This document shows, piece after piece, positions 10,022 to 19,608 of a stretch of DNA of 64,000 nt. Origin of the DNA: an uncultured Chloroflexota bacterium (lineage in GTDB: Bacteria; Chloroflexota; Dehalococcoidia; Lucifugimonadales; CAJXCD01); NCBI GenBank assembly GCA_913051545.1, contig CAJXCD010000002.1, forward strand, positions 55,991 to 119,990, written 5' to 3'. Each line of letters opens with the position of its first letter. The first letter of the stretch is position 1. The notes beneath the pieces are model-generated. The model worked only from the letters and a program-made list of their open reading frames with translations. It did not search any database and was not told where the DNA came from. The position numbers and the translations under genes are program-made.

Positions 10022-11247
10022 TTTTCTGAGTCATATATTAATTCATTGGATGTTGATCCCAATATATTCCGGCTTACTCCAATAAGGGACGTTAACATCA
10101 ATATGCCAGATCCTGCTATGGCTATTTGGACTCCAATCAAACCGCTAATAGTTCCCATGTAAAAACTTGATAATTTATTGATGCTCCATGCGAATGCCTG
10201 AAAGCTGCCTACGCGTCCCCTCATATGGCCTGGCACGGAAGTTTGAATTAATGTTGCCATGCACATTTCCCCAACTGATCCGAAACAATAGGCGGCAAAA
10301 ATTATTACTAGCGATAAAGTTAAGGATTCAGATATTGAAAGGGCGATGATTAATATACTGAATCCAGCAGATCCCACTATCGTAATGATTTCCTTCCATT
10401 TGATATCGCTGAAAATTGATATAACAAAACTACCTATGAAAAATCCTGCAAAGCTCGCAGATTGTAGATAACCCAGTCCTGACACACCTGAGTTAAGGAT
10501 GTCTCTTGCCAATACCGGTAGCATAGAAACATGGGCCCATCCAAACGCTTCGGACGCCAGGGCTAAAATAATCAGGTTTCGAATCTTGTTTGTCGAAAAA
10601 ATGTAGACGGCGCCCTGTTTAAATGTTTTATACGGTGATGTTAGATTCCTTGAGTTATTTTCCGTAGGTAGGCTGGGTATAGCAGTGATATTTAGTAAGA
10701 ACATTACAGAAATAATTTCAACAGATATAATAAATATGTATGCCCAACCTATTCCAAATGAATTTACTATTAAAGCCATAATAAGTGGAGCTGAAATGCC
10801 GGCGATGCCCAAGCCTACAAAGTTAGCAGCGTTTGCTGATAAGACCCTCTTTTCTCCTACGATATCTACGACAAATGCCATATGCGCGGGTGCCCGCATG
10901 GCGTCGGATATACCGAAAAGTAGGGAAGTTGCCAGTATTTGCCATAATTGTACGTCTCCCATAAAAATAGTTTGTGTTAGCAATATCAACGCTGCGGCTC
11001 GGAATATGCCAGAAAATACGATTATTGAACGTCTAGGCAGGAGGTCTGCAAGGACGCCACCTATGGCTACAGTTGATATCATTCCCACTCCGCCCATCCC
11101 CATGGTTGCCCCAACCCAGAATGGGGAATCAGTTATATCAAGAGTTAACCACCCCTGCACTGTAATAAATACGATGTCTCCTAATGATGCGAGTGTTATA
11201 GCAATCCATAGCAGTCTGAAACGGTAATTTTCGAATAGTAAAGTCAA
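10018..11247 (-). CDS. MFS transporter
   Basis: About 12 hydrophobic segments, GGVLADLLPRR motif A-like loop, QTSVPGHMRGRV. Confidence 0.85.
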   Translation of the reverse strand: MTLLFENYRFRLLWIAITLASLGDIVFITVQGWLTLDITDSPFWVGATMGMGGVGMISTVAIGGVLADLLPRRSIIVFSGIFRAAALILLTQTIFMGDVQLWQILATSLLFGISDAMRAPAHMAFVVDIVGEKRVLSANAANFVGLGIAGISAPLIMALIVNSFGIGWAYIFIISVEIISVMFLLNITAIPSLPTENNSRNLTSPYKTFKQGAVYIFSTNKIRNLIILALASEAFGWAHVSMLPVLARDILNSGVSGLGYLQSASFAGFFIGSFVISIFSDIKWKEIITIVGSAGFSILIIALSISESLTLSLVIIFAAYCFGSVGEMCMATLIQTSVPGHMRGRVGSFQAFAWSINKLSSFYMGTISGLIGVQIAIAGSGILMLTSLIGVSRNILGSTSNELIYDSEN

Positions 11248-11399
11248 ATTGAAATGCCTGAAGTTTTTCGATTAAAAGATATATATCAAATTGTATTATC
11301 TATTGATAATACAATTAATAGGAGACTGAAGTAAGATTTTCGAAGGGATATTGAGATTATATTAATTCAATGATGATTAAGAGATAAATCGATCTCTTC

Positions 11400-12467
11400 T
11401 TAGGGACCTGAATCGATAGATTGATGTGCGGTTGGTCTGAGTAATATTTTCGCTGCGTTTCCTTCTTTCAGCATATTTATAGCGTCTTCGATTTGTTCTA
11501 GGCTCATCGAGGCGCTTATGAGAGGTTGAAGGTCGACGGCTCTAGTTTCCAGTAAATTCCTAGTCATATACCATGTTTCAAAGATGCGACGACCATATTT
11601 GCCAACGATGTTAAGGTTTTTAAATATTATATCGTTGGATATATCGATTTCGATTGGAGAAGTTGGGATGCCGAAAAGAGTCACATGGCCCCCATTCTTA
11701 GCGCTTCCCAGTGCTGTTTTGACCGCATTTTGTGCGCCTGTCATTTCAAACACAATGTCTAATCCAAGGTTGTCGGTCATCTCTGATACCCACTGAGTGG
11801 TGTCCATAGTGTTAGTTTTTGGGTTGAAAACGTTATCGGCACCCATTTCTTTAGCAAGCGTAAGTCGGTATTGGTTTATATCAGATGCCAGGATCCTAGC
11901 CGCGCCAGACGCTTTAGTTATTCCGATCGTGAACAAACCTACTGGTCCACAGCCTAATACCAATATATTCTTCCCCGTGAGGTCTATCTCTGAAGTAGCG
12001 AAAACAGCGTTTCCGAATGGTTCCTGAAGAGCAGCAATTTCTGGCGCCAGTTTTATGCGGTCGTTTTGCCAGATTACTTTTTCCGGTACAGAAATATAGT
12101 CTGCAAATGCTCCGTCACGGTCTACGCCTAAAACATCAGTATTTGGGCATAGATGTGCTTGATTAGTTCTGCATTGGTGGCAGGTGCCACAAGTCACGTG
12201 GCTTTCAGCTGATACGTAGTCTCCTATTGAAACATTTGTGACAGATTTTCCTGTTTCTACCACAGTGCCCGCAAACTCATGACCGATAGTCAGTGGTGGG
12301 TTTAGACGTTCCGAACTCCATTCATCCCAGTCCCAGATATGTAAGTCTGTTCCACATATGCTAGCAGCTTCAACTGCTATTAGAACTTCATTGTCATTTA
12401 TATTAGGTATGGGAACGTCTTCGACTTTAAGACCTTTTTCTTTTCCTGTTTTTCGTACAGCTAACAT
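11400..12467 (-). CDS. tdh: L-threonine 3-dehydrogenase (Zn-dependent)
   Basis: SICGTDLHIWDWDEWS, GHE, structural Zn CGTCHQC...C, GCGPVG, GRRIFETW. Confidence 0.85.
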   Translation of the reverse strand: MLAVRKTGKEKGLKVEDVPIPNINDNEVLIAVEAASICGTDLHIWDWDEWSSERLNPPLTIGHEFAGTVVETGKSVTNVSIGDYVSAESHVTCGTCHQCRTNQAHLCPNTDVLGVDRDGAFADYISVPEKVIWQNDRIKLAPEIAALQEPFGNAVFATSEIDLTGKNILVLGCGPVGLFTIGITKASGAARILASDINQYRLTLAKEMGADNVFNPKTNTMDTTQWVSEMTDNLGLDIVFEMTGAQNAVKTALGSAKNGGHVTLFGIPTSPIEIDISNDIIFKNLNIVGKYGRRIFETWYMTRNLLETRAVDLQPLISASMSLEQIEDAINMLKEGNAAKILLRPTAHQSIDSGP

Positions 12468-12510
12468 ATATAAATCTGATCATCTCACATAAAATCTGGG
12501 GAACTTAATT

Positions 12511-13539
12511 TTAGCTAACCGCCTCAGATTTTATAACATCTATGGCGTAATCAACATCTTCTGAGGTTATTCCGTAGTGAGTGGTAAGACGCCAGGTCCC
12601 TCCTGGTCTTGCGTTGATCAGTACACCACGGTTATTGATTTGATTAATTAGGTCGTAAGGTGCTTCGGGAGGCTCTGCGAAGACGAGATTTGTTTTTACA
12701 GATTCGGGGTCGATAGAAAATCCAGGAATTGAATTAAGACCTTTTGCTAGTCTTTTGGCATTTGCATGGTCATCTGATAATCGTTCAATCATAGTGTTCA
12801 ATGCGACTATACCTGCAGCTGCAATTATTCCCGCTTGCCTCATTCCCGCCCCCAAAGTTTTACGCCACTCCCTGGCCTTTGCAATGGTCGTCTTGTCCCC
12901 GCAAACTATCGATCCGACAGGGGCGCTTAGACCTTTAGATAGGCAAAATGTTACTGTGTCGGCATCTTTAACCAATTCTGAAGCGGGCGTTTCCAGACAA
13001 ACAGCCGCATTAAATAATCTAGCTCCATCAACATGAACTCGTAAACCATTAGATTTAGCAATCTTACTTAGGTCACTCATGTAACTAGGTGTAATTGGTA
13101 TACCGCCACAGGCATTTTGAGTATTTTCTATGGCGACCATAGCGGTAGGGGACCAGTGTATGTTTCCAAATCGTACTGCGTTTTCGACTTGGTTAAGATC
13201 AAGGGTTCCAATATTGGTATTTGGAATGGGATGAAATGCGACTCCGCCTAGAGTAGAAGCGCCTCCTCCTTCAGCATTATAAATATGTGTTTGCTCGCCT
13301 AAGATAATTTCTTGTCCACGTTCACACTGGGCTAATATGGAAACGAAATTACCCATCGTTCCACTGGTAACCAGTAGTCCAGCCTCCTTGCCTAGCATTT
13401 CAGATGCCATGTTTTCTAGGGCATTAACTGTAGGATCCTCACCATATACGTCATCACCCAATTCTGCAGTTGCTATGGCTTGTCTCATTTCCTCAGAGGG
13501 CTGCGTGACTGTGTCGCTACGTAGATCCACTATTCGCAT
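12511..13539 (-). CDS. ltaE: Low-specificity L-threonine aldolase
   Basis: DLRSDTVTQP, GDDVYGEDPT, HVDGARLFNA, PLP lysine CLSKGLSAPVGS. Confidence 0.92.
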   Translation of the reverse strand: MRIVDLRSDTVTQPSEEMRQAIATAELGDDVYGEDPTVNALENMASEMLGKEAGLLVTSGTMGNFVSILAQCERGQEIILGEQTHIYNAEGGGASTLGGVAFHPIPNTNIGTLDLNQVENAVRFGNIHWSPTAMVAIENTQNACGGIPITPSYMSDLSKIAKSNGLRVHVDGARLFNAAVCLETPASELVKDADTVTFCLSKGLSAPVGSIVCGDKTTIAKAREWRKTLGAGMRQAGIIAAAGIVALNTMIERLSDDHANAKRLAKGLNSIPGFSIDPESVKTNLVFAEPPEAPYDLINQINNRGVLINARPGGTWRLTTHYGITSEDVDYAIDVIKSEAVS

Positions 13540-13667
13540 TATTGACCGCCTTTATTATTGCCTAGTCATTGTCTAATTTTAGCAACAAGGCTTGTTAAAT
13601 TCTATGGTGGTTTGTAAATAGCATGACTGTCGTGTAAATTTAGGACATCCATATAGTTTAAGGAATA

Positions 13668-15077
13668 TTGATGTCTACTAACGATAAAGTAAGAATAGAA
13701 AAAGATTCTATGGGAAAGCTTGAGGTTCCTTCAGGCTCGTATTACGGAGCTCAAACTCAAAGGGCAGCCTTGAATTTCCAGATAAGTAGTTTGAGATTTC
13801 CTAGATCATTTATTCGTGCAATAGGTGCTATAAAACTTTGTGCGTCACAGGTAAATTTGGATCTGGGTCTTCTAGATAGCAAGTTGTCAATTGCGATTAT
13901 GGGTGCATCTCAGGAAGTGATGGACGGAGATCATGACTCCCAGTTCGTTTTAGACATATTTCAAACCGGTTCAGGCACTTCTACAAATATGAATGCCAAC
14001 GAAGTCATAGCTAATCTGGCAATAGAAAAATTGGGAGGTGTTGTAGGCTCCAGAGAACCTGTACATCCCAATGACCATGTGAATATGGGACAGTCTTCTA
14101 ATGATGTCATTCCAACTGCTATACATATCGCGGCTTTGGATTCGATAAAAAATCGGTTAATTCCAGCTCTTACGTCTCTGAATTCGCAACTTAAAGAAAA
14201 ATCAGATGAGTTTATGCCGGTTGTCAAAACTGGGCGAACTCATTTACAAGATGCTACTCCGGTAAGGCTTGGACAGGAATTTTTAGGTTATGTAGGTCAA
14301 ATTGAGCGCTCTATATCACGAATTGAAATAGCTTGCGGTGAACTTTCTGAAGTTGCGCTAGGGGGAACCGCTGTAGGCACAGGTGTAAACACTCACGTAA
14401 ATTTTTCTACTATGGTGTGTGAGAAACTATCTGAAATCCTTAAACTTGATATTAATCAGACATCCAATCATTTTCAGGCTCAAAGCAGTCTTGATTCAAT
14501 CGTTTTGGTAAGTGGATCTTTGAAAACAATTGCGGTTAGTTTAATGAAAATATCTAATGACATCAGATGGCTTGGGTCTGGCCCCAGGGCTGGCATTGGT
14601 GAAATAGATGTGCCAGCTGTTCAGCCTGGGAGTTCTATTATGCCAGGAAAAGTTAACCCGGTAATTCCGGAGTCGGTATGTCAGGTAGCAGCTCAGGTGA
14701 TTGGAAATGATACGACTATAACTATTGCAGGTCAGTCCGGAAACTTTGAAATTAATGTAATGATGCCTGTGGCCGCTCACAATTTATTGGAATCGATAGA
14801 TATCATGGCTTCAGCTTCACAGAATTTGGCTGGAAAATGTATTGCTGGTCTGGAGGCGACAACTAAGGGTCCAGAGATGGTTGAAAAAGGCCTTGCCATA
14901 GTTACTACCCTGGTACCGCATATAGGATATGATGCATCGGCGTTGATTGCTAAGGAAGCTGGGGAAACAGGGGAGTCTGTTCGTGAGGTTGCGATACGCA
15001 GAACGGATCTATCTGAGCAGGAATTAGATTCTATTCTAGATCCCGCTTCAATGACACAGCCGTTGACTAATGAATGA
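13668..15077 (+). CDS. fumC: Class II fumarate hydratase
   Basis: QTGSGTSTNMN, KTGRTHLQDATP, signature GSSIMPGKVNP. Confidence 0.92.
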   Translation: MMSTNDKVRIEKDSMGKLEVPSGSYYGAQTQRAALNFQISSLRFPRSFIRAIGAIKLCASQVNLDLGLLDSKLSIAIMGASQEVMDGDHDSQFVLDIFQTGSGTSTNMNANEVIANLAIEKLGGVVGSREPVHPNDHVNMGQSSNDVIPTAIHIAALDSIKNRLIPALTSLNSQLKEKSDEFMPVVKTGRTHLQDATPVRLGQEFLGYVGQIERSISRIEIACGELSEVALGGTAVGTGVNTHVNFSTMVCEKLSEILKLDINQTSNHFQAQSSLDSIVLVSGSLKTIAVSLMKISNDIRWLGSGPRAGIGEIDVPAVQPGSSIMPGKVNPVIPESVCQVAAQVIGNDTTITIAGQSGNFEINVMMPVAAHNLLESIDIMASASQNLAGKCIAGLEATTKGPEMVEKGLAIVTTLVPHIGYDASALIAKEAGETGESVREVAIRRTDLSEQELDSILDPASMTQPLTNE

Positions 15078-15158
15078 CGTTAGTCACGTAACCAAATAAC
15101 GCTCCTCCAGTCAGTTTTCTGATCACCTATTTACCTCCGGTATTCCCATTAATTACCC

Positions 15159-16043
15159 GTGCGTAATTTATGCCGTTTACAGGAGTCTCCCCCTGCTGTA
15201 TTTAGTCAGGGGGCAGTGAATGTGCTCGTGAAAGCCGGATTCCCAATATCCAAAAAGATTAAGGACTGTAACCCGTTAGCTAAGGAATTATTCATAGCTT
15301 TACCTGATGAGGATACAGGTAAGTACAAATTTAATGACAATTTTCTGGGTTTAGAGAATACCCCTGAAGTACTTAATTTTTTCCGTAATTTTGTTACAAA
15401 AGAAGGTAGGAATAATTACTTGCCCTTTGGTTGGCTAAACTCCTTGCGGAACAATAACTTTGCAGGAGATTCACAAACTATTGCAGATCTTAGAGACTGT
15501 GCTTGGGATAGATCATTGAACCAAAATATGCCGGATAGTGTATTTAGAACCGATGACATGGAAATATTTATAAATAAGGTTATCGAAGGGGATATAAAGG
15601 CGATAGATGATTTCTTCATTTTAAAGCCATATGATAGAAAAAAGGCTGGCAATTTGTGTGCTTCGATTGATGAGATGATTTTTATAGTTAATAAATTGCA
15701 GCCGCGGCGGTCTTTAAGTCTGTCAGATCTGTTTACCGAAGGAGATTTAGTTATAGAGGTTATTAAATTGTTTAGTAAACAGGAACAGCCAGGTCAACCT
15801 ATGGGTATATTTGGGGGAAATGCAGGAGTATCTTACGATTCTAGGAGTACTACTTATTATGATGAGCAGAATCCTCCTGAAGTTCCTATGTTCAAAGATG
15901 AACCTGTATTTTTATTAGAGGAGCTTTTGTCAAAGTTGGATTATCGGTCGAGCGAAAATCTTTATTTTGGCGATGAGTTAGAACAAGACTGGGAGCGAGG
16001 GCTTAATTTAAGGAGCTTAAATAATGATGATACGTCAACCTGA
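15159..16043 (+). CDS. Hypothetical protein (start may be GTG 15216)
   Basis: 294-aa ORF filling the gap after fumC; no motif recognised. Confidence 0.6.
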   Translation: MRNLCRLQESPPAVFSQGAVNVLVKAGFPISKKIKDCNPLAKELFIALPDEDTGKYKFNDNFLGLENTPEVLNFFRNFVTKEGRNNYLPFGWLNSLRNNNFAGDSQTIADLRDCAWDRSLNQNMPDSVFRTDDMEIFINKVIEGDIKAIDDFFILKPYDRKKAGNLCASIDEMIFIVNKLQPRRSLSLSDLFTEGDLVIEVIKLFSKQEQPGQPMGIFGGNAGVSYDSRSTTYYDEQNPPEVPMFKDEPVFLLEELLSKLDYRSSENLYFGDELEQDWERGLNLRSLNNDDTST

Positions 16044-16055
16044 CCGGAGCCAAAA

Positions 16056-16397
16056 TTGATTCCTGCAAGAACTCTTGGTGAATACAAGCTGTTGTTTGAT
16101 ATATTCAGATCTTCGGACCAGAAAAGCTTCGTAACACCGTCAGGGTACTCCAGTTTGTGCAGTACCCTGACGAAAGTGTTTGATGATACTTTGAATGAAA
16201 ATGAAAATGAAAAGAAGGTTTTACGTTTTAAATATGGATTGGGTAATGTCAGTCCCAATTCAAGTACTATTGGTGTAGCACGTAAGATGAGTATTAGTCA
16301 AAAGGCTGTCTCGGAGATATTAGACACTGCTATCCGGAAGCTGAGGGCTCCATCTAATACAAAGGTACTTAACGAATTTCTTAGTCCCCTGCAGTAA
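16056..16397 (+). CDS. Stand-alone sigma-70 region 4-like HTH protein
   Basis: EKKVLRFKYGL...TIGVARKMSISQKAVSEILDTAIRKLRAPS..LNEFL parallels RpoD region 4 (ER.VL.LRFGL...TLEEVG.....TRERIRQIE.KALRKLRHPS). GGAG precedes the TTG start. Confidence 0.7.
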   Translation: MIPARTLGEYKLLFDIFRSSDQKSFVTPSGYSSLCSTLTKVFDDTLNENENEKKVLRFKYGLGNVSPNSSTIGVARKMSISQKAVSEILDTAIRKLRAPSNTKVLNEFLSPLQ

Positions 16398-16446
16398 GAT
16401 ATGTTTTCAATATCAAAAAACATGTATTGCTCATTTTGAGGTGGGA

Positions 16447-17679
16447 TTAGAAGGAATTTCGCTTCACTAAATTTTCCTCCTCTTGTCTTGATTTAATTCG
16501 ACCATCCAGACGTTCCTCGAGCAACTGTTTCAGTAATATTCCTATTTTTGGTCCTTCGGGTATTCCCATAGCTACAAGGTCTTTCCCGTTAAGAGTTGGA
16601 TGTGCTTGTTGGAGCTCGTCTAGATATAAATTTAAGTTGTTTTGAATATTTTCGACCTCTGTCATAGCACGAAACCCTTTAATGACAGGCACCTGTATGT
16701 CGCGTAGTAAAAAATAAATTTCACTTCGACGTATGTTTTCTGAACTCAGTTTTTGTGAGTGCTTATGTATGTGTTGAATATCGTATGCTATTTTTCTCCA
16801 CTGTCCTTCTATGGATAACCGCTCTACGATAGATTGAAGAAGCGAAGTTGGGACTGGGTATAGCAGTGCACTCAATATTTCCTGTTCATCTATCTTTTTC
16901 GAGCAGAGTAATACATCAATTTTATTTAGATATGAAATTGATGTATTGAGGCCTGGGTGGATAGCTTTCAGGATACCACGATGTTGGCAGTCCTTTAGGA
17001 TTTGGATTACTGTGGGTTCAATAAGTATCATGCGTAATTCGTTTCTTAATCTGTCACCGCTTAGTGTATCAAGATAGCCAAGTTGGCTTTGTACTAGTTC
17101 ATCTGTATCAGGGGATAGGTTAAAATTGAGTCTTGTCGCATATCTAATGGCCCGCAATATTCTTGTGGAATCATCAATAAAGCTGTCTTTGTGTAGTACG
17201 CGTACTAATTCATTCTCAAGATCCTGTCTCCCATTGAATGGGTCAAGCAATTCCCCCATGGTGTTAACGTTGATAGAAATTGCAATTGCGTTTATGGAGA
17301 AATCCCGCCTATTGAGGTCTTCCTCAAGGGATCCTTGTGAAACTGTTGGCAGTGCCCCCGGCTTGGAGTACGTTTCAGTTCGAGCTACAGCAATATCCAC
17401 ATCCTGGCAGCCAATGTTGAATTTAAAAGTGCCGAACTGTGATTCTGTTAGTATTTTCCCGTCTACTATTTCAGTTAAATCTTTTAGAAACTCATCCGGA
17501 GATCCGTCAATAACTATGTCTAGATCTTTGGGAGTTTTCCTTAGCAGTATGTCACGAACTGCCCCTCCTACTAAGAACACGTAGGCATTGCTCGAATCAG
17601 CTGCGGCAGACGTTAGTTCGAGTATCTCCTTTTGTGCCGCTGTTAGGCACTGGTACATTTGTGCGGCTATATCAGACAC
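16447..17679 (-). CDS. tRNA nucleotidyltransferase (CCA/A-adding, PolyA_pol family)
   Basis: LVGGAVRD, DLDI, ARTETY..PGALP, RRDFSINA, DDSTRILRAIRY. Confidence 0.9.
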   Translation of the reverse strand: MSDIAAQMYQCLTAAQKEILELTSAAADSSNAYVFLVGGAVRDILLRKTPKDLDIVIDGSPDEFLKDLTEIVDGKILTESQFGTFKFNIGCQDVDIAVARTETYSKPGALPTVSQGSLEEDLNRRDFSINAIAISINVNTMGELLDPFNGRQDLENELVRVLHKDSFIDDSTRILRAIRYATRLNFNLSPDTDELVQSQLGYLDTLSGDRLRNELRMILIEPTVIQILKDCQHRGILKAIHPGLNTSISYLNKIDVLLCSKKIDEQEILSALLYPVPTSLLQSIVERLSIEGQWRKIAYDIQHIHKHSQKLSSENIRRSEIYFLLRDIQVPVIKGFRAMTEVENIQNNLNLYLDELQQAHPTLNGKDLVAMGIPEGPKIGILLKQLLEERLDGRIKSRQEEENLVKRNSF

Positions 17680-17709
17680 TCTTGTTCTACCAGTCCTATA
17701 TTAGATTGT

Positions 17710-18468
17710 TTATTTTACTGACTGACTGACGGCTTCTAAATATGATTTGGCACCCTGCTCCAGCCACCGGTTTGGAGAGTTTGTTATGAATCGGACACCT
17801 TTATTTATAAACTCTTTTACGTTACCACTTTCGGTAACTGCTCCGGGAACTTTTCCAGCAGACACTATTTTTGCGAATGATTCATCTCTGACTTTAAGAA
17901 GCTCTGGGTTTGTCAATTGAGTAGGTATCCCCATAGATTGAGCTAGGTCACCTACGGCTACTAAATATACATCTACATTGTCTACTCTAAGCATTTCATC
18001 CAAGTTATCAATAGCAATTACATCTTCTATAAGTACTCCTACTAGAACTTCTTCATTGGATTTCTCGAAGTAGTCATCTACTCCATTGGCCTGTCTACCT
18101 TTGAAGACTCCCCTGTTTCCTTCTGGAAAAAATTTAGCGGCGTTTACAACAGCTGCCGCCTCTTCTGCTGTATTGCAGTGAGGCATTAATATAGCCTGTA
18201 CACCTTGGTCAAGAGTTCTATATATTAGCCCTTCTTCATTTGCGTGTACTCTTGCAACGGAAGTCATTCCCCAGAGGTCTGCAGCTCTAGTCTGATCACG
18301 AATATCTGTGAAACTTAGTCCTCCATGTTCTGCTTCAATCCATACTCCATCGAACCCGAGTGGACCTAGGAAGTCGATCAGGTCAGCACTTAGTTCACCT
18401 TGGATTATTGTGGCAACTCCACCATCGGCCAATTTTCGTTTCACTCGGTTAGGTCGCATATTAGTCAA
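17710..18468 (-). CDS. HpcH/HpaI aldolase family protein
   Basis: FDGVWIEAEHG, LDQGVQAILMP, G.RG, LIED, GDLAQSMG. Confidence 0.88.
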   Translation of the reverse strand: MTNMRPNRVKRKLADGGVATIIQGELSADLIDFLGPLGFDGVWIEAEHGGLSFTDIRDQTRAADLWGMTSVARVHANEEGLIYRTLDQGVQAILMPHCNTAEEAAAVVNAAKFFPEGNRGVFKGRQANGVDDYFEKSNEEVLVGVLIEDVIAIDNLDEMLRVDNVDVYLVAVGDLAQSMGIPTQLTNPELLKVRDESFAKIVSAGKVPGAVTESGNVKEFINKGVRFITNSPNRWLEQGAKSYLEAVSQSVK

Positions 18469-18617
18469 AGTTAAGCTCCTGAATATAAAGAATTAGTACT
18501 CACGGAATCATATACTACAGCCTTATTAACTAGCTGAATTATATGTCTGGCAAATAGACCCGTCAACTTAATATTTGCCTATAATATGTCTGTTAGACAT
18601 TTAGTTTTGACGTACAT

Positions 18618-19151
18618 ATGATTAATTTTGTATTTAATAGTAGAATCCATACCATGAATATAGAGATCAACTATTGCCCGCGCTGTGGTAATAAACTGGT
18701 TAACAAGGGTGCTTCTGTACGATCTAGACCATCGTGTACAGATTGTGGGTATGTGGTGTATCTAGATCCGAAGCTTGCTACGGTGGTACTGATTTCGGTA
18801 GGTGACGAATTGGTTTTAGTCCGGCGAGCAATAGAGCCGCAAATAGGACGCTGGAGTTATCCTGGAGGATATGTAGATCGTGGAGAAACAGTAGAGGCAG
18901 CAGCCGTACGTGAGGTGAAAGAAGAAACGACTTTGGATGTTAGCCTCACTGGATTTATAGGTCTTTACTCAAGTTCTAATAGGCCGGTTGTTATAGCAGC
19001 ATATTCTGCTGAGGTGATAGGTGGCACTCCATCCGCAGGAGAAGAAGTTCAGGAGATCTCTTTATTTAGACCATCAGATTTACCGGAAATGCCTTTCCCG
19101 CATGACGATCAAATTTTAGCGGATTGGTATTTACTAACAGATGATGGCTAG
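18618..19151 (+). CDS. Nudix hydrolase with N-terminal zinc ribbon (start may be 18654)
   Basis: YCPRCG...CTDCG and Nudix box GGYVDRGETVEAAAVREVKEET. Confidence 0.9.
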   Translation: MINFVFNSRIHTMNIEINYCPRCGNKLVNKGASVRSRPSCTDCGYVVYLDPKLATVVLISVGDELVLVRRAIEPQIGRWSYPGGYVDRGETVEAAAVREVKEETTLDVSLTGFIGLYSSSNRPVVIAAYSAEVIGGTPSAGEEVQEISLFRPSDLPEMPFPHDDQILADWYLLTDDG

Positions 19152-19600
19152 GTGTCTATCTGGTTTACGGATCTAACGGTAATATCAATAGGAATAGTTT
19201 TTTCCAATATCCTGTGTATACGGCACCGGCTTGCTATGTAATTCATCCTGTCCAACTGTTCTGAATTAAGGTCAGAGGTTATCTCAATGTCCATTTGGAT
19301 TCGATCATAAAAACCTTTATTGACTTCCTCTGAATCGCCAGAGGGCCCTTGATAAAATTGATCATGAGTGCATTTGATAACGAGTGAATATATGTCCCAG
19401 ATTTTTCTCCTCGCGTACAGGAGGAGTGTCATCGATGTTCAGGTGCTTAAGGAAGCTAAAAGGACTTCAAATGGACTGGGTCCTTTGCTGCCTCCTGAGG
19501 TCTTGAATTCATCTGTGACAAAGGTGTGATGTGGAGTTTCCGCGATGTGTTGCATGTCCCGCATATTTCGCACAGTAACTGTGTGTGATTCCGTCTTCAT
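19148..19600 (-). CDS. OsmC-family protein with in-frame UGA at codon 54 (predicted selenocysteine), 150 aa
   Basis: ATG 19600 with GAGGGG SD. Reads MKTESH...GPSPFEVLLASLST-UGA(19441-19439)-TSMTLLLYARRK...SRCRIHRIL. The UGA aligns with the first conserved Cys of OsmC proteins (GP.P.ELLLA.L..CTSMT..MYARRK). selA is in the window. Confidence 0.85.
19407..19426 (-). promoter_or_regulatory. Putative bacterial SECIS hairpin
   Basis: mRNA reads UGA-12 nt-CUCCUC-CUGUACGC-GAGGAG: a perfect 6-bp stem with a G-containing loop just downstream of the UGA. Confidence 0.65.
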
Positions 19601-19608
19601 AAAACCCC

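Noticed and set aside
10685-11227. 180-aa plus-strand ORF and the many similar antisense ORFs in the track
   Set aside because: They lie wholly opposite well-supported genes and show no family motifs.
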